Part shown: piece by piece, positions 59,636 to 64,000 of the stretch
How the letters are laid out: the number at the start of each line of letters is the position of its first letter
How positions within the stretch are numbered: the first letter of the stretch is position 1
Source of the DNA: an uncultured Candidatus Saccharibacteria bacterium
Lineage (GTDB): Bacteria > Patescibacteriota > Minisyncoccia > Phycocordibacterales > PALSA-1337
Reading direction: 5' to 3'
Assembly (NCBI GenBank): GCA_964529025.1
Contig: CAZGUZ010000001.1
Span: 6,163 to 70,162 of the forward strand
DNA: 64,000 nucleotides
The notes under the pieces: model-generated
Databases searched by the model: none
Seen by the model: only the letters and a program-made list of their open reading frames with translations
Told to the model about the DNA's origin: nothing
Position numbers and translations under genes: made by a program

Positions 59636-60361
59636 TTAGAATTGCTCAACAAAACGCATATCACCATTATATAGGTTGCGAATATCATCGATACCGTACT
59701 TAAGCATAATGAGTCGATCAAGACCAAAAGCGAAAGCAAAGCCTCGCCACTCTTCTGGATTAAGTCCTACAGCAGATAAAACATTTGGGTGTACCATGCC
59801 GGCACCTGCAACTTCGAGCCATTTATCTTTCCACTTCATATCAACTTCAACACCTGGCTCTACGAAAGGAAAGTAGCTTGGGCGAAAACGAATAACGACA
59901 TCATTACCAAAGAGCTTTTTAAAAGCATGTTCAAGTGTACCCTTAAGTTCTGCAAGGTTGGTAGTTTTATTTACAAGCAGAGCTTCTACCTGATGGAATT
60001 GCACTTCATGAGTTGCGTCAGTAGCTTCGTTACGATACACCTTTCCTGGAGCAATAATTTTATATGGAGGCTGTATGCCCTTTTTGAGCATTTCTTCCAT
60101 ATAGCGAATTTGGATTGCTGAAGTTTGAGTGGTGAGCAATTGTCTCTGGCGAGGATCAGTTACAGGCTTTGGTGTTTTAATCCAAAATGTATCTTGCATA
60201 TCACGCGATGGGTGATCTTTAGGAATATTGAGGGCATCAAAGTTATAGTATTCAACCTCAAGTTCGGGCCCCGTAGCAATATTAAAACCCAATTCATTAA
60301 AAATAGTAGCTACCTCACGAATGAGTTGTGTTGCTGGGTGAATATGTCCGCGTTGATTCAT
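59636..60361 (-). CDS. pheS: Phenylalanyl-tRNA synthetase alpha subunit (catalytic core only, 241 aa)
   Basis: Class II motifs (…HPSRDMQDTFWI…, …FRPSYFPFVEPG…). Confidence 0.85.
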   Translation of the reverse strand: MNQRGHIHPATQLIREVATIFNELGFNIATGPELEVEYYNFDALNIPKDHPSRDMQDTFWIKTPKPVTDPRQRQLLTTQTSAIQIRYMEEMLKKGIQPPYKIIAPGKVYRNEATDATHEVQFHQVEALLVNKTTNLAELKGTLEHAFKKLFGNDVVIRFRPSYFPFVEPGVEVDMKWKDKWLEVAGAGMVHPNVLSAVGLNPEEWRGFAFAFGLDRLIMLKYGIDDIRNLYNGDMRFVEQF

Positions 60362-60386
60362 AAATAGAGCTACATATTTTAAACTG

Positions 60387-60459
60387 AGCCACCTCCCGGG
60401 CTTGAACCGGGGACCTACTGTTTACAAAACAGTTGCTCTACCAACTGAGCTAAGGTGGC
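60387..60459 (-). tRNA. tRNA-Thr (anticodon TGT)
   Basis: Reverse complement GCCACCTTAGCTCAGTTGGTAGAGCAACTGTTTTGTAAACAGTAGGTCCCCGGTTCAAGCCCGGGAGGTGGCT. Anticodon stem is ACTGT/ACAGT with loop TTTGTAA. T-arm is CCCGG-TTCAAGC-CCGGG. Confidence 0.8.
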
Positions 60460-60490
60460 AATCAACACAAGCCATATTACACTATTTCTT

Positions 60491-60880
60491 TTATTTCATC
60501 AATCTATCTTCGCCGATCTTCTTAAGATATATTGATGCACCCCCTCGCTTAATTGGAGTCTTGCCTGCAACCATATCAAGTATCTTTTTTGACTGTGGGT
60601 GAGCCTGAGCGTACTTAAGAGTGGCTTCGTAGATAGAAAGGAGTATATTTCGAATAAAACGAGCGCCGAGTATTGTTATAGAAAATACAGAATCTCTATT
60701 TACACTGCGAATCCACGCATCAATTGCAGAAAACCAACCATGAACAATATGGTTGGTTTTCTCGCTCACTAAAGCTAATATACTGTTTCGCCCAGTTTTA
60801 ACTTCATACGACTTAATACCGAGCATACAAAGAATGCCTACCAAAGAAACTGCAAATGCAATTGTTGGTACAGTTATCAT
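60491..60880 (-). CDS. Hypothetical small membrane protein downstream of tsf
   Basis: 129 aa with an N-terminal TM helix. There is a 1-nt overlap with the tsf stop. Confidence 0.35.
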   Translation of the reverse strand: MITVPTIAFAVSLVGILCMLGIKSYEVKTGRNSILALVSEKTNHIVHGWFSAIDAWIRSVNRDSVFSITILGARFIRNILLSIYEATLKYAQAHPQSKKILDMVAGKTPIKRGGASIYLKKIGEDRLMK

Positions 60881-61467
60881 TACTGTTGAAGCACACCGTA
60901 GCGAACAAATCGAGCAATTTCGATTTTCTCACCAAACTTTTGCATAGCTGCATCAATAAGAGCTTGGATTGTTAAATCTTGATTCTTAATGAAAAGCTGA
61001 TTCAAAAGTACCATTTCGCCGAAATATGTAGCGAGCTTTCCTTCGAGGATTTTTGCTCGCATAGCTTCTGGCTTATCTTTTACTTCTTCAGCAAATACTT
61101 CTTGTGCTTTTGCTGTTACTTCGGGAGTAATTTCTGAAGACTTAAGGAACTTAGGATTAGCAGCGGTTACATGCATAGCAATGTCGCGCGCAAGAGCCTT
61201 AAATTCATCGTTACCAGATACGAAGTCAGTTTCGCATACAAGTTCAACCATAGCGGCTACAGAACCGTTTGCATGAACATATGACTGAATTGTGCCAGCG
61301 CCGAATGTTCGGTCACCTTTCTTTGCAGCAATTTCACCACTCTTCTTTCGAAGAATAATAAGAGCCTTTTCAAGGTCACCCTGAGCTTCTTCAAGAGCTT
61401 TCTTACACTGCATTACTGAAACTCCTGTTCTGTCTCGTAACTCCTTAATAAGTTCTGTAGTTATCAT
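60880..61467 (-). CDS. tsf: Elongation factor Ts (short form)
   Basis: The N-terminal UBA-like …LIKELRDRTGVSVMQCKKALEE… and overall length of 195 aa fit a compact EF-Ts. Confidence 0.85.
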   Translation of the reverse strand: MITTELIKELRDRTGVSVMQCKKALEEAQGDLEKALIILRKKSGEIAAKKGDRTFGAGTIQSYVHANGSVAAMVELVCETDFVSGNDEFKALARDIAMHVTAANPKFLKSSEITPEVTAKAQEVFAEEVKDKPEAMRAKILEGKLATYFGEMVLLNQLFIKNQDLTIQALIDAAMQKFGEKIEIARFVRYGVLQQ

Positions 61468-61533
61468 AGTTCTAAATGAGAATTAAGCTAATATGTAAAT
61501 TATACACCATGCAGAAAAAAGCACTAGGATAAT

Positions 61534-62265
61534 TTAGGCCTTCTTTCCTTCTGCGTATGCTCGCACAATTTCATTCACAAAGAATTCAATACTTGCTCGT
61601 GAAGCATCGTTTCCTACGATAGGAACTTCAACACCTGTAAAGTCACAGTCTGAACCGAGAAGAGCGATAACTGGAATACCCTTGTCTTGTGCTTCTTTAA
61701 CTGCAATAGATTCTTTCTTTGGATCGATAACAAAGAGAGCCTTTGGCATGTCTTTCATAGCGATAAGACCTGAGAACATGATTTCGAGGTTAGAAATTTC
61801 GCGATCAATAAGAAGACGCTCTTTCTTTGTGTATTTAGCAAGTTCTCCCTTTTCGCGCTCAAGAGTGAGTCTTTCGAGTTTTTCTACTCGCTTGCGAACT
61901 TCAGGGAAGTTAGTAAGAGAACCACCGATCCAGCGACCATCTACAAATGGCATAGCGAGAGAGATGCCTGCCTTTCGAATAGCAGCTCGAGCTTCTGGCT
62001 TACCTCCAACGAAAAGAATCATCTTTCCATCTTTAGCAAGATTGCGAACAAAAGCCTTGGCTTTTTCGAGTAATTGCTCTGTTTTTTCAAGGTCAAAAAT
62101 TTCAACCTTATTCTTAGCACCGAAAATAAATGGTAATACTGTTGGATGTCGGCGTGATCGTGCAAAAGCAAAATGAGCGCCAACCTTGAACATGTTCTCG
62201 ATAACTGCTGGATTTGTAGTTTGTTTTTCTGACATACGTATATATTGGTCTCTGTATCCTAGCAA
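61534..62265 (-). CDS. rpsB: 30S ribosomal protein S2
   Basis: …LEAGVHFGH-like …MFKVGAHFAFARSRRHP… and the classic rpsB–tsf order. Confidence 0.85.
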   Translation of the reverse strand: MLGYRDQYIRMSEKQTTNPAVIENMFKVGAHFAFARSRRHPTVLPFIFGAKNKVEIFDLEKTEQLLEKAKAFVRNLAKDGKMILFVGGKPEARAAIRKAGISLAMPFVDGRWIGGSLTNFPEVRKRVEKLERLTLEREKGELAKYTKKERLLIDREISNLEIMFSGLIAMKDMPKALFVIDPKKESIAVKEAQDKGIPVIALLGSDCDFTGVEVPIVGNDASRASIEFFVNEIVRAYAEGKKA

Positions 62266-62289
62266 ATGAGCCGTATTTTTGCAACCCTT

Positions 62290-63288
62290 TTAGGCATCAT
62301 CCCCATCATCGATACCCGAAGTATCGTGAGCAATCTCTGCCCCGCTCTTTTTAAACTCTTCAATAGCCTCAATTAATGGCTCCATTTCGCCCCCGAGTAT
62401 TGTTTCTATATTGTGCCATGAATGCTTGATTCTGTGATCCGTAATACGGTCTTGGAGTATGTTGTATGTACGAATCTTTTCAGAACGGTCACCTGTACCA
62501 ATCTGACTACGCTTATCTGCACTCCATTTTTTAGCCTCTTCTTCGATTTTAAGAGCTTCGAGCTTTGCCATAAGAACCTGCATAGCACGTTCGCGGTTTG
62601 CAGCTTGTGAACGCTCTGCTGTAGCGCGGACATCAATACCTGTAGGAATATGTAAAAGTCGCACAGCGGTTTCCACCTTGTTAACGTTCTGACCACCCTT
62701 TCCTCCGGCTCGAGAAAACTCCATTTGAATATCGCTCGGGTTTATCTCAAACTTAACCTTTTTACGAATTGGTAGCATTGCAACTGAGACTGTTGAGGTA
62801 TGTACTCTACCAGCCTTTTCGGTAGCTGGAATACGCTGTACGCGATGCACACCAGTTTCATACTTGTAAGCCTCATATACACCCTTACCCTTAACGATAA
62901 GCTGCACTTCTTTATAACCACCTGCAGAACCACGAGATTCTTCAGTAACTAATGTACCCCAACCTTTTGACTCAGCGTAACGCTTATACATTGTCATAAG
63001 CTCCTCCACAAAGAGTGCCGCTTCATCGCCACCTGCTCCAGCACGGATTTCAAGAATAAGTTCAGTTGGATATTCCTCTTCTTCTTTATCTGCATTAAGA
63101 ATTGCAGTTATCTGTTGTTCTATGCCTTTCTTTTGAGTTTGAATTGATGTAAGTTCGTCTTTTGCTAAATCAGCCATACTTGGATCCTGGGACATAGAAA
63201 GAACGTCACGCTCTGATGTTAAAAGCGCTTCGTACATTTCTGCTAAATAAGCAGTTTTATGATTCTTTTTTATTTCGTCGAGGTTCAT
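62290..63288 (-). CDS. prfA: Peptide chain release factor 1
   Basis: GGQ motif ([20 protein letters not shown]) and the RF1-type PxT tripeptide context [14 protein letters not shown]. Confidence 0.75.
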   Translation of the reverse strand: MNLDEIKKNHKTAYLAEMYEALLTSERDVLSMSQDPSMADLAKDELTSIQTQKKGIEQQITAILNADKEEEEYPTELILEIRAGAGGDEAALFVEELMTMYKRYAESKGWGTLVTEESRGSAGGYKEVQLIVKGKGVYEAYKYETGVHRVQRIPATEKAGRVHTSTVSVAMLPIRKKVKFEINPSDIQMEFSRAGGKGGQNVNKVETAVRLLHIPTGIDVRATAERSQAANRERAMQVLMAKLEALKIEEEAKKWSADKRSQIGTGDRSEKIRTYNILQDRITDHRIKHSWHNIETILGGEMEPLIEAIEEFKKSGAEIAHDTSGIDDGDDA

Positions 63289-63330
63289 GAGTGAGGCCCC
63301 GGCAAAAAAGATAGATGAACGCGTGGTTCT

Positions 63331-63582
63331 TTATTTCTTCTTTGACTGGCGAGAACGGAACTTTTCTACACGTCCTGCTGTATCCATCACCTTTTCCTGG
63401 TTTGTATAGAATGGGTGTGATGCACTTGTGATTTCGAGTCGGTAGAGTGGGTATTCTTTACCATCTGTCCATGAGCCCTTTTCTGATGTTTTGATTGTAG
63501 AAGGAATAAGAAACTGAGCTCCGTTTGAGTTATCCACGAAGATCACTGGGCGGTATTCCTTTGGATGAATATCTTGCTTCAT
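63331..63582 (-). CDS. rpmE: 50S ribosomal protein L31 (type B, non-zinc)
   Basis: MKQDIHPKEYRPVIF…HPFYT. The start is at the internal Met; the ORF track extends to 63630. Confidence 0.7.
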   Translation of the reverse strand: MKQDIHPKEYRPVIFVDNSNGAQFLIPSTIKTSEKGSWTDGKEYPLYRLEITSASHPFYTNQEKVMDTAGRVEKFRSRQSKKK

Positions 63583-63635
63583 GCGAGAGACTATATCAGA
63601 TACTGAATATAAATGCAATATACCACGCAATAGTC

Positions 63636-64000
63636 TTAGAATCCTTCAAGAGGATTAATCATGGTTAACTGAATATTTGCAGCTTTTATCATAACCTGAT
63701 CACCGTACGTTGTATTGATATTACCTACCGTACAAGCGCGGCCAGAATAATAACGGCAGGCAGCATTTCGTTCACCGGTATAGCTACCACCCTTAGCCCC
63801 AAGGTCTGAAAGATACATAGCCGAAGCCATAAATGCATGTCGCGGCTCCCAAGGGTTTGGTGCCTGTATACCAAGCGATGTTTTAAGGCGTGCTTCAAAT
63901 AATTTCCATGTAGAAGCAATAAATTGTGCAGGCCCCATAGCACCACCCCAACCAATTGATTGCGGGCAAGATACGAGAGTCTTAAATGGATCAAGTCCTA
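63636..64000 (-). CDS. Lytic murein transglycosylase-like protein (SLT_2/MltB-type), C-terminal part; gene continues beyond the window
   Basis: …MGPAQFIASTWK… resembles the MltB GPMQFMPATW motif. The ORF runs off the window edge. Confidence 0.4.
   Translation of the reverse strand, partial: GLDPFKTLVSCPQSIGWGGAMGPAQFIASTWKLFEARLKTSLGIQAPNPWEPRHAFMASAMYLSDLGAKGGSYTGERNAACRYYSGRACTVGNINTTYGDQVMIKAANIQLTMINPLEGF

Overview
This 64-kb window appears to be a compact, moderately AT-rich bacterial chromosome segment, with roughly 40% GC in core genes by my reading. Most of it is housekeeping genes. These include peptidase E-like, a helix-turn-helix–MurA fusion, nitroreductase, a DEAD-box helicase, a two-component pair, an umuD-like/Y-family polymerase cassette, and a type IV pilus cluster (pilB, pilC, pilins). 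A contiguous co-oriented block of rpoB–rpoC–dnaG–rpoD is followed by capA-like, trmD, KH-domain protein (khpA), rpsP, rnr, smc-like, rnc, a NusB–NUDIX fusion, rpmB, rnhB, dnaE, thrS with a T-box leader, a PKD-repeat surface protein, gyrB-like, pheT/pheS, tsf, rpsB, prfA and rpmE. Two tRNAs are present: Asn-GTT and Thr-TGT. Several aminoacyl-tRNA synthetases are N-terminally minimal (PheS 241 aa, ThrS 583 aa, PheT 642 aa), and the housekeeping genes sit alongside type IV pili. This fits a reduced-genome lineage such as Patescibacteria/Saccharibacteria; that lineage call is an inference and has not been verified.

The most striking pattern is at least six single-gene islands of clearly elevated GC, about 50–57% by eye. 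They are an ECF-sigma-like gene, an adenylate-kinase-like gene, an 85-aa ORF, a 430-aa protein with a winged-helix/coiled-coil region, a membrane protein, and a 274-aa protein. Most have their own intrinsic terminator. They are scattered between core genes, and one splits the conserved rpsP–khpA–trmD ribosomal operon. This suggests repeated horizontal acquisition from a high-GC donor. Other notable items are a 19-nt duplication of the tRNA-Asn 3' end 169 bp away (an att-like footprint), the HTH–MurA and NusB–NUDIX fusions, a UvrD-helicase/Cas4-like nuclease fusion, a 7×60-bp tandem-repeat protein, and a T-box leader on thrS. I found no CRISPR array and no rRNA.
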